NCBI GenBank assembly: GCA_030604855.1 | Contig: JAUVVC010000001.1 | Span: 240,001-272,000 of the forward strand | From: Erysipelotrichaceae bacterium | GTDB lineage: Bacteria; Bacillota_I; Bacilli_A; Erysipelotrichales; Erysipelotrichaceae | Length of the DNA stretch: 32,000 bases | Direction: 5' to 3' | Part shown: in pieces, positions 17,532 through 24,838 of the stretch | Numbering within the stretch: position 1 is the first letter of the stretch | Layout of the letters: each line of letters starts with the position of its first letter | Translations under genes and position numbers: made by a program | The notes under the pieces: model-generated | What the model saw: the letters and a program-made list of their open reading frames with translations, nothing else | What the model was told of the DNA's origin: nothing | The model's database searches: none

Positions 17532-18044
17532 TTATTTAGTGATCGAGTGCATTGTTTGGATCAAGGCTTGATGATCTGCATTGATTGTACCATCAATGAC
17601 ATAAACCGTTGAATCTATAGTGATGGTTCCTTTGATGCGTGCATCGCCATTGTAAACATAGCTGTAATCGCCATCACGTTTAGATCCATACATGTTGAAT
17701 TGTCCTGCATCTTTGTCAAAATACAGAGTTATGTTGACGATTTCGTTGTTAAACGTTGCAATTCCCTTATTGAAGTTGATTTTAGATGAGAGTGAAAGAT
17801 AGAAATTCTGGCTGACGATTGAACTCATGGTGTCATCATCCCAACCATAGAGATAAATATAGTCTTCACCTGAAAATTCATCTCTTAAGAAAATATTCCA
17901 ATAGATGCCAGTGTCGCTCTGCCATAGTTGTGATCCAGATTCGATGCTGAAATAGTTGTTTCCACTGTCGATTGGTCTTGCAGAAACAGATTGACTTAAA
18001 CCGATAATCAAGATACAGATGAGGGGATACTTAAGAATTTTCAT
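17532..18044 (-). CDS. Orphan secreted protein, unknown function
   Basis: 170 aa with the signal peptide MKILKYPLICILIIGLSQSVSA|RP. The mature part is rich in Y, N, D, S and I, which looks beta-rich. The RBS is GAAAGGA. My hand count of 300 nt (17581-17880) gives about 37% G+C. Short hand-counted stretches of rpsD and ezrA give about 42-48%. Confidence 0.6.
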   Translation of the reverse strand: MKILKYPLICILIIGLSQSVSARPIDSGNNYFSIESGSQLWQSDTGIYWNIFLRDEFSGEDYIYLYGWDDDTMSSIVSQNFYLSLSSKINFNKGIATFNNEIVNITLYFDKDAGQFNMYGSKRDGDYSYVYNGDARIKGTITIDSTVYVIDGTINADHQALIQTMHSITK

Positions 18045-18117
18045 TCGTAGAGATCCTTTCTTCAGTCTTTTGCATCAAGACTGAACAAACCACGTTAATA
18101 CTGAAATCAATGCTCAC

Positions 18118-18141
18118 AAAAAACCGGCTTAAGGGCCGGTT
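18118..18141 (-). terminator. Intrinsic terminator inside the leader of the orphan gene
   Basis: A 7-bp stem (5 G:C pairs), 18122-18128 with 18135-18141, encloses a 6-nt loop. On the - strand it is followed by TTTT(G). It lies about 75 nt upstream of the start codon. Confidence 0.6.
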
Positions 18142-18155
18142 ACGCTATTTGCTCG

Positions 18156-18188
18156 AGTCTATTCAAAGCGTCCAAATTAGGATAGACT
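18156..18188. repeat. 33-bp imperfect palindrome AGTCTATTCAAA-N9-TTAGGATAGACT
   Basis: 18156-18167 is the exact reverse complement of 17481-17492. 18177-18188 is a 10/12 copy in the opposite orientation. Confidence 0.75.
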
Positions 18189-18220
18189 GTCTCAACATCC
18201 TCTTCAACATCACTCTAGCT

Positions 18221-18251
18221 ATTATATAACATATATATTTAAATAAATCAA
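18221..18251 (-). promoter_or_regulatory. Promoter of the orphan-gene leader
   Basis: On the - strand: TTGATT (18251-18246), a 17-nt spacer, then TGtTATATAAT (TATATA at 18228-18223, overlapping TATAAT at 18226-18221). Confidence 0.55.
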
Positions 18252-18332
18252 GTTGTGCAAACATGGCTTTGAAACAAATAGAACTGCTACTCATTGCAAT
18301 GATTATGATACAATAGGAAAGAGGTGAACGGG

Positions 18333-20069
18333 ATGAATTTTGAGATGATTTTAAATTTATTTAAACGCTTGGAAGTACAGATTGCACTTGTGGTCTTGAT
18401 CGTTTTGTTTCTCGTGATTTTGATCATCAAACGGATGAATCTCCATCAATTGAAACAGAAGATGCAAGCTGTTGAAAAGCGCTATAACAATGTTAAAAGT
18501 GTACCGTTACCATTCAAACTGAACAAGGCAGTTGCCTTGGCTCGGGTGAATCCAGAAATCCTAGAAAATGCGAATGACTTTAAGAATAGTTTCGAAGAAA
18601 TACAAGAAAACTTTAAATCCATCGTGCATGTCTTGGCAGAGACCGAAGATGTTTTGGTCATTGGCAAGAGCAAGCATGCGAAGTTGAATCTACAAGATTT
18701 GAATCAGATGTTGAATCAGATTGAAAAGCAAGTTGAACAGTTGAACAGCCGTTTGGATGGCATTCTTGAAGAAGAGAACCAACAACGGGGTCAGATTACG
18801 GAATTGAAGGAAATGTTCAGACAAGCCAAGACGGATCTTACGGCACGCAGTGTTCAACTTTCACCTAGTCTTGCGGCTTTGGAAGCGCGTTTAGCTGAGA
18901 TTGAGAAGGCGTTCACCAGTTTTGAGGAGTGGATGTATGCCTCGGAGTTTGGTAAAGCCAAAGAAAAGATGGAAGAGATTCAAACCAATTTGAATGAACT
19001 GCGGCATTGGATCGATGAATTGCCGGAGTTGATCGGTTTGGCGAATGGCGTCATTCCCAAACAAATCGATGAGATCGCAGAACTGACGAAGCGCTTGAAT
19101 GCCAAGCAGGTTTATACACGTCATTTGGAGGTTGAGAACAATCTTGCCTTGATTCAAGAAACCACGCAACAAGATCAAATCAGTTTGAGCCGTTGTCAGG
19201 TATCCACTGTTCAGGAACACTTACGTGAGAATCAAAAACGTTTGGCACAACTTATGACTTCATTACAGAAGGAAGAAAGTGCGAAAGAAGATGTGGCTAA
19301 ACACATCGAATTATTGAGCTCAGGGCTAAGTGAGATCAAGAACATGCATGTGCAGTTGACGGAACATCTCAAAAAAGATGCCGGTCGTTTTGGTTGGGAG
19401 AATCTCAATGATCTTCTGATCGATAAGCAGAAATCCATTGGTCTGTTGGAGGCTTCGATGCTTCAAAGCGTCAAGGTCATCGAGGAGAACAGCTTGCCTG
19501 CAAGCAGTTTGATGCTTAAGTTGAAAGAATCCATACAGGATGTGCATAATGCGAAGACGGATTTGAGTCATGCGTTTGAGCGTTTATCCAGTGCCCGGAA
19601 TGATGAAGATCGTGCCAAGAAACAGTTGTTGAAGTTGCACCTCATCATGAATGAGATTCAGGTCAAAATCCGTAAATTCAAATTGCCTGTGATTTCGGAA
19701 ACCTATGAAGGAGATCTCCGTAAGTCCTATCAATATGTCAACAGCATCGCGAAGCTATTAGAAGAATCGCCTTTGGATATCCAGCTCTTGAATGCGACGG
19801 TCAATGATGCGATCGACCATATTTATAAACTCTATAACAATGTGAACAATCTGGTGGGTACGGTTGAAATGATTGAGAACACCATCGTTTATGGAAATAA
19901 GTATCGGAGTCAGGATTCAGAATTAGATACACAATTGACACGTGCTGAGTTGTTGTATCGAAATGGTGATTACACCCAAGCCATTAAAGTTGCGATTGCG
20001 GCCGTGGAAGCGGTTCAGCCTAAACATTTTGAAGGCTTGATCAAGGAGAATGCAAAAAGTGCCTACTAA
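18333..20069 (+). CDS. ezrA: Septation ring formation regulator EzrA
   Basis: About 578 aa with a single N-terminal TM helix (IALVVLIVLFLVILII) followed by long coiled-coil repeats. It keeps the conserved rpsD / ezrA / cysteine desulfurase / thiI neighbourhood. I prefer ATG 18333 (AGAGGTG 6 nt upstream) over the GTG at 18324. Confidence 0.8.
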   Translation: MNFEMILNLFKRLEVQIALVVLIVLFLVILIIKRMNLHQLKQKMQAVEKRYNNVKSVPLPFKLNKAVALARVNPEILENANDFKNSFEEIQENFKSIVHVLAETEDVLVIGKSKHAKLNLQDLNQMLNQIEKQVEQLNSRLDGILEEENQQRGQITELKEMFRQAKTDLTARSVQLSPSLAALEARLAEIEKAFTSFEEWMYASEFGKAKEKMEEIQTNLNELRHWIDELPELIGLANGVIPKQIDEIAELTKRLNAKQVYTRHLEVENNLALIQETTQQDQISLSRCQVSTVQEHLRENQKRLAQLMTSLQKEESAKEDVAKHIELLSSGLSEIKNMHVQLTEHLKKDAGRFGWENLNDLLIDKQKSIGLLEASMLQSVKVIEENSLPASSLMLKLKESIQDVHNAKTDLSHAFERLSSARNDEDRAKKQLLKLHLIMNEIQVKIRKFKLPVISETYEGDLRKSYQYVNSIAKLLEESPLDIQLLNATVNDAIDHIYKLYNNVNNLVGTVEMIENTIVYGNKYRSQDSELDTQLTRAELLYRNGDYTQAIKVAIAAVEAVQPKHFEGLIKENAKSAY

Positions 20070-21207
20070 TACCCCCATTTATTTCGATCATGCCAGTTCA
20101 ACCCCTGTGCATCCTGAGATCGTTAAAACTTTAAGTGAATTAACCACAGCTCACTATGCGAATAGTGAGTCTTTACATCAAGCGGGTTTGGATATTCAGA
20201 CCATGTTGCGCAAAAGCCGTGATGCGATTGCGTCCATGTTGAAGGTGAAGAGTGATGATCTTTATTTCACCTCTGGAGCAACCGAAAGTAATAATCTTTT
20301 GATCAAAGGCATCGCTTTTGCTTATCAAAACAAAGGTAGACATTTGATCACGACGCGTGTTGAACATTCAAGCGTCTTGGATAGTTTCCAGGATCTTGAA
20401 TCTTTTTTTGGTTTTGAAGTCACGTATTTGAATGTGGATCAAGCAGGCCGGGTTCGATTGGATGAACTAGAAGCAAATTTGCGTCCGGATACCACCTTGG
20501 TGAGCATCATGGCGGTGAACAATGAAGTAGGAACCATCATGCCGATCGAGGCATGTGCTCAAATCATTCGAGCTAAGAGCCAAGCTGTGTTTCATGTGGA
20601 TTGTGTTCAAGCATTGACCAAAATCGATTTCAACTATGATCTGGTTGATTGTGCGAGTTTCTCGGCGCATAAGATCAATGGGGTCAAAGGAAGCGGTTTA
20701 CTTTATAAAAAGGAACGTGTACTTTTTCATCCGTTAATCACCGGTGGCCAACAAGAAAAGGGGATCCGTCCAGGAACACCTAATGCGGTTCATCATATCC
20801 TGATGGCAAAGACCATTCGTTTGGCGTTTGAACAGGCAAAGGATAAACATGCGCACGTTTTAGCAATCAAACATTATTTAATGGATGCGTTTGAGTCGAT
20901 TGAAAGCATTGTCCTCAACAGTCCATTGGAAGCTTGTTCAGATTACATCCTGAACATCTCTTGTTTGAAGGTGCCTTCGCAAATCATGTTGAACTGGTTG
21001 AGTTCGCATCAGATCTATGTATCCGCGATGGCAACCTGTCTCAATCGAGATGTCCGTCCTTCGCATGTCTTGGAAGCGATGGGGATTTCAGGGGATCGTT
21101 TGAATGGTGTGATACGCATCAGTATCGGGTATGTGAATACTTTGGAAGACGCAAAGCGTCTTATTGAAGTCATGGAAGAAGGAATCAAGAAATATGGTCG
21201 AATTTAA
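20050..21207 (+). CDS. Cysteine desulfurase (NifS/IscS class, ThiI-partner NifZ-like)
   Basis: The PLP-lysine motif SFSAHKINGVKG and the class-I/II aminotransferase fold motifs (TSGATESNN, HVDCVQA) are present. It overlaps the ezrA 3' end. GTG 20059 is an alternative start with better spacing to AGGAG (20044-20048). Confidence 0.85.
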   Translation: MQKVPTNTPIYFDHASSTPVHPEIVKTLSELTTAHYANSESLHQAGLDIQTMLRKSRDAIASMLKVKSDDLYFTSGATESNNLLIKGIAFAYQNKGRHLITTRVEHSSVLDSFQDLESFFGFEVTYLNVDQAGRVRLDELEANLRPDTTLVSIMAVNNEVGTIMPIEACAQIIRAKSQAVFHVDCVQALTKIDFNYDLVDCASFSAHKINGVKGSGLLYKKERVLFHPLITGGQQEKGIRPGTPNAVHHILMAKTIRLAFEQAKDKHAHVLAIKHYLMDAFESIESIVLNSPLEACSDYILNISCLKVPSQIMLNWLSSHQIYVSAMATCLNRDVRPSHVLEAMGISGDRLNGVIRISIGYVNTLEDAKRLIEVMEEGIKKYGRI

Positions 21208-22381
21208 AGCGGAACGTGTTCTGATACGCTTTGGGGAGCTTTCCAATAAGGGTAAGAATCGTAAATTGTTTGTCAAACAATTGATTGCGAATCTCAAGGC
21301 TCAACTCTGTGCATATCCGGAAGTAAGATATAAGAATCATTTTGATCGCATCATGGTCGAATTGAATGGGGCACCTGAGGATAAAGTGATTGATTTGATG
21401 CGTCGTGTCTTTGGCATCCGTTCAATCAGTCCTGTGGTCTTGTGCGATCCAGATATGGACACAATCACGCAAGTCTGTCTTCATCTGATGCAAAAAGAAG
21501 ATCCATGTACCTTCAAAGTCATGACGAATCGAAAAGATAAACATCTTCCGTATGGTTCGGATGCCTTGAATCGTTCGGTTGCGACGGCAATCTTACAAAA
21601 TACTGAACATAAGGTGGATGTGCACAATCCAAGCTTAAGAATTAAGATCGATGTGGATATGGAAAAAGCTGCGATCTCCACACGGGTTGTGGAAGGAGCG
21701 GGTGGTTTTCCAATCGGTGTGGGTGGAAAAGCACTGTTGTTGCTGTCTGGAGGCATTGATTCACCAGTTGCAGCGTACCACATCATGCGACGTGGGGTTG
21801 AGGTGGAATGCATTCACTTTGCGGCACCTCCATATACGACGATTCAAGCATTGGATAAAGTTAAACAGTTGGCTGAAATCTTGACAGCGTACCAAGCAAA
21901 GCTTAAACTGCATATCGTAGCCTTTACAGATATCCAAATGGAGATCTATAAACAGGCTGGTCCAGATTATGGGGTTATCTTAATGCGTCGATCGATGATG
22001 CGCATTGCGGAGAACGTTGCTGAAAGCAACAAGTGTCTTGCTTTGATTACGGGTGAGAACCTTGGCCAAGTGGCCAGTCAGACGTTGCAAAGTATGCATG
22101 CGATTGAAGCGGATATCGACAGTTTGATGTTAAGACCGTTATTGAGTTTTGAGAAGAATGACATCATCGAGCAAGCGAAGAAGATTGGAACCTACGAAAC
22201 GTCTATTCTACCCTACGAGGATTGTTGTACGATCTTCAAGGTTGTGAATCCAGTGACCAAGCCAAAACTTAAAATCGTACGATTGGAAGAAGCCAAATGT
22301 GATCTGAGTGAAAAGGAACAACTGGCTTTAGCGAATATTGAAACATTCATCTTTCCAATTCGGGAAGAGAATTATTTATAG
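21194..22381 (+). CDS. thiI: tRNA 4-thiouridine synthase / thiamine biosynthesis protein ThiI
   Basis: I start at MVEFKAERVLIRFGELSNKGKNR (ATG 21194), which overlaps the desulfurase stop by 14 nt. A THUMP region and the PP-loop motif LLLSGGIDSPVAAY are present. Confidence 0.9.
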   Translation: MVEFKAERVLIRFGELSNKGKNRKLFVKQLIANLKAQLCAYPEVRYKNHFDRIMVELNGAPEDKVIDLMRRVFGIRSISPVVLCDPDMDTITQVCLHLMQKEDPCTFKVMTNRKDKHLPYGSDALNRSVATAILQNTEHKVDVHNPSLRIKIDVDMEKAAISTRVVEGAGGFPIGVGGKALLLLSGGIDSPVAAYHIMRRGVEVECIHFAAPPYTTIQALDKVKQLAEILTAYQAKLKLHIVAFTDIQMEIYKQAGPDYGVILMRRSMMRIAENVAESNKCLALITGENLGQVASQTLQSMHAIEADIDSLMLRPLLSFEKNDIIEQAKKIGTYETSILPYEDCCTIFKVVNPVTKPKLKIVRLEEAKCDLSEKEQLALANIETFIFPIREENYL

Positions 22382-22389
22382 GAGGAATC

Positions 22390-23715
22390 ATGGCATTTGA
22401 TCGATTAACCGAAGCGCTGAGCGCAAGCTTTAAGAAGATTACAAAACAGGACCGTATTTCGGATAAGCATCTGGATACGCTTTTAAGCGATGTTCGTTTG
22501 GCTTTATTGGATGCGGATGTCAACACCAAGGTCGTCAATGAGTTCTTAAGCAAGATTCATGATCAAGCTTTGAATCAAAAGATTTTGAGTTCTTTGAAAC
22601 CGAACGAAGCTTTGATGAAGTTGGTCTATGATGAGTTGGTTGCATTGTTGGGACCTGAAACACCAGACTTCGATTGGCCAAAGGGTCAACGTAAGATTGT
22701 TTTGTTCGTCGGTCTTCAAGGGACTGGGAAGACGACCAGCGCGGCGAAGTTGGCGAAGTATCTCAAGGAAAAGAAAGATCGTAAACCGATTTTGGTTGCG
22801 GCGGATTTGGCGCGTCCTGCGGCTATTGATCAGTTGGAGATCTTGGGTCAACAAGCCAATGTCGATGTTTATGCTGATAAGAACGAGAAGAATGCGTTGA
22901 GCTTAGTCAAAGCGGCGATGAAGTATATCCAAGCCAAAGACTACGATACCATCTTGGTGGATACAGCCGGTCGTTTGGCGATTGATGAAGCTTTGATGCA
23001 GGAGTTGAAGTCCATCTTTGATTTCTTACGTCCAGATGAAGTGCTTTTGACTGTGGATGCCTTGAGTGGTCAGGATGTCATTCATACCGCAGATGGTTTC
23101 AATAAGACATTGAAGTTGAGTGGTTTGGTTGTCACTAAATTCGATGCGGATGCCAAGGGTGGGGCGGTATTGTCCGTTAAAGCTTTGACAGGGGTTCCTG
23201 TCAAATTGGTCGGAACGGGTGAGAAGTTGGATGATACGGATATCTTCTATCCGGATCGGATGGCGAATCGTTTGATCGGCATGGGAGATTTGATGAGTTT
23301 GGTTGAACAAGCTCAATCGAAGCTGGATGTGGAAGCGAGTGAGCGCAGCATGCAACGGATGATGGAGGGAATCTTCACCTTTGATGACATGCTAGAGCAG
23401 TTCAATCAATTGAGTAAGATGGGTTCCTTGCAAAACATGCTTAAAATGATTCCAGGTGCCAGTCAGTTGGCGGGTCAGGTCAATGATCAAGAATCCAATG
23501 CGATGATCAAGAAGAACAAAGCGATCATCTACAGCATGACCAAGGAAGAACGCAATGATCCAAGTCTACTTCGAGCATCACGTAAGAATCGCATTGCAAA
23601 GGGCAGTGGGACATCGGTTACAGAGGTCAATCGTTTGATCAATCAGTTTGAAAAAGCGAAAGAACAGATGCGTTTATTGAAGCGGATGTCTAAACAATTT
23701 CCGGGTTTAAAATAA
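22390..23715 (+). CDS. ffh: Signal recognition particle protein Ffh
   Basis: 441 aa. The NG domain carries GLQGTGKTT, DTAGR and TKFDADAKGG. A Met-rich M domain follows (MQRMMEG...MLKMIPG). The RBS is TAGGAGGA. Confidence 0.96.
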   Translation: MAFDRLTEALSASFKKITKQDRISDKHLDTLLSDVRLALLDADVNTKVVNEFLSKIHDQALNQKILSSLKPNEALMKLVYDELVALLGPETPDFDWPKGQRKIVLFVGLQGTGKTTSAAKLAKYLKEKKDRKPILVAADLARPAAIDQLEILGQQANVDVYADKNEKNALSLVKAAMKYIQAKDYDTILVDTAGRLAIDEALMQELKSIFDFLRPDEVLLTVDALSGQDVIHTADGFNKTLKLSGLVVTKFDADAKGGAVLSVKALTGVPVKLVGTGEKLDDTDIFYPDRMANRLIGMGDLMSLVEQAQSKLDVEASERSMQRMMEGIFTFDDMLEQFNQLSKMGSLQNMLKMIPGASQLAGQVNDQESNAMIKKNKAIIYSMTKEERNDPSLLRASRKNRIAKGSGTSVTEVNRLINQFEKAKEQMRLLKRMSKQFPGLK

Positions 23716-23721
23716 TTATTG

Positions 23722-23757
23722 ACTGTCAAGTTAAAAACCTTGACAGTTATTTTATTT
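23722..23757 (+). terminator. Intrinsic terminator after ffh
   Basis: ACTGTCAAG (23722-23730) pairs with CTTGACAGT (23739-23747) across an 8-nt loop, followed by TATTTTATTT. Confidence 0.65.
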
Positions 23758-23767
23758 CGAGTATACT
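23740..23767 (+). promoter_or_regulatory. rpsP operon promoter embedded in the ffh terminator
   Basis: TTGACA (23740-23745, inside the 3' arm of the hairpin), a 16-nt spacer, then TATACT (23762-23767). Confidence 0.55.
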
Positions 23768-23794
23768 AATGAAGTAAAACATGAGGAGGATCCT

Positions 23795-24067
23795 ATGGCA
23801 GTAAAAATTCGTTTAAAGAGAATGGGTGCTAAACAAAATCCATTTTACCGTATCGTCGTTGCAGATTCACGTTACCCACGTGACGGTCGTTTCATTGAAA
23901 ACATCGGTTACTACAATCCAAGCACGAAACCCGCTGAAGTTAAGATTGATTCAGAAGCCGCATTGAAATGGTTATCCAATGGTGCACAACCATCTGACAC
24001 CGTTCGCAACTTGTTATCTGAAGCCGGTGTCTTAAAAGCATTCCACGAATCAAAAAACAGTAAGTAA
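23795..24067 (+). CDS. rpsP: 30S ribosomal protein S16
   Basis: [40 protein letters not shown] is typical S16. The RBS is GAGGAGG. Confidence 0.96.
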   Translation: MAVKIRLKRMGAKQNPFYRIVVADSRYPRDGRFIENIGYYNPSTKPAEVKIDSEAALKWLSNGAQPSDTVRNLLSEAGVLKAFHESKNSK

Positions 24068-24069
24068 TC

Positions 24070-24315
24070 ATGAACCTGGAAAAAGCTTTATTGGACTTGG
24101 TTCTTCCGATCGTCAGTGATAAACAAAGCGTGAGTGTTAAGGAAATGACCAGTTTGAATGAGAATGAAATCTTGCTTTATGTGTATGCAAAGAGCGAAGA
24201 TGTTGCTCGTTTGATTGGTCGTCAAGGTAGCATGGCTACCGCTTTGCGCAATGTCATGGCGATTGCGACGCGGGTTGATAACAAACGCATTTCGATCAAA
24301 TTCGAGGCTTATTAG
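24070..24315 (+). CDS. KH domain RNA-binding protein (YlqC family)
   Basis: 81 aa with the motif GRLIGRQGSMATALR (KH GxxG). It holds the conserved position between rpsP and rimM. Confidence 0.85.
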   Translation: MNLEKALLDLVLPIVSDKQSVSVKEMTSLNENEILLYVYAKSEDVARLIGRQGSMATALRNVMAIATRVDNKRISIKFEAY

Positions 24316-24335
24316 GATGCGCTGCATCCTTTTTT
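24314..24335 (+). terminator. Terminator-like hairpin between the KH-protein gene and rimM
   Basis: AGGATGC-GCT-GCATCCT forms a 7-bp stem, followed by a T6 run that ends 5 nt before the rimM ATG. It is probably a partial terminator or attenuator within the operon. Confidence 0.45.
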
Positions 24336-24340
24336 AAAAC

Positions 24341-24838
24341 ATGAGTGAAAAAATACGTGTCGGTAAAATATTAAGAGGCTTTGGCATCAAGGGTGAGGTG
24401 AAGGTGCAGATCATCACCGATGAACCGGAGAAACGCTTTAAAGTTAAAAAAGTGCTTTATCTTAAACAAGATGAAACCTTTTCACCTGTGACAATCACAT
24501 CGGTTCGTTATCACCAAAGCAATGTGCTCTTGAGTTTTGAGGACCATCCGGATTTAACCAGTGTCGAAGGTTATCATGGTTGTGAGTTGTTCATTGATCG
24601 TAAAGAGATCAAGAGTAAGGACAGTGTCTATGCTTTTGAGTTGATGAATGTTTCGGTTTATAAAGAAGATGGATCTTTGGTTGGCGTCGTGTCGGATATC
24701 TTGGATACCGGTGCGCATATCGTTTTAAGAATCAAAACAGATGCGAAGGATGTCTTGGTTCCCTATGTGGATCGCTTCATCGTACGCTTCGATCAAACAA
24801 AGAACATTCTTGTCATACGTTGGATGGAGGGTCTATGA
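24341..24838 (+). CDS. rimM: 16S rRNA processing protein RimM
   Basis: The N-terminus is VGKILRGFGIKGEVKV and a PRC barrel C-terminal region follows. It sits between the KH-protein gene and trmD. Confidence 0.9.
   Translation: MSEKIRVGKILRGFGIKGEVKVQIITDEPEKRFKVKKVLYLKQDETFSPVTITSVRYHQSNVLLSFEDHPDLTSVEGYHGCELFIDRKEIKSKDSVYAFELMNVSVYKEDGSLVGVVSDILDTGAHIVLRIKTDAKDVLVPYVDRFIVRFDQTKNILVIRWMEGL

Larger units (their letters stand above)
18045..18215 (-). promoter_or_regulatory. Structured 5' leader with an internal intrinsic terminator (candidate attenuator, riboswitch or sRNA)
   Basis: Read on the - strand, the elements are:
- The tandem repeat GATGTTGAAGAG-GATGTTGAGAC.
- The hairpin AGTCTAT...ATAGACT.
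- The terminator AACCGGC-CCTTAA-GCCGGTT followed by T-rich sequence (18141-18118).
- A second hairpin, TTCAGTCTT-GATGCA-AAGACTGAA, immediately before the RBS. Confidence 0.5.

Noticed and set aside
18163-18210. 15-codon mini-ORF (MLKRMLRQSILIWTL) in the leader of the orphan gene, considered as a leader peptide
   Set aside because: I did not call it a CDS because only a very weak purine stretch (AGAG) precedes the ATG. I mention it only as a possibility under the leader finding.
18263-18316. 17-codon hydrophobic mini-ORF (MALKQIELLLIAMIMIQ) on the + strand just upstream of ezrA
   Set aside because: It has no Shine-Dalgarno sequence and lies in AT-rich intergenic DNA where such ORFs arise by chance. 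There is no supporting evidence without conservation or ribosome profiling data.
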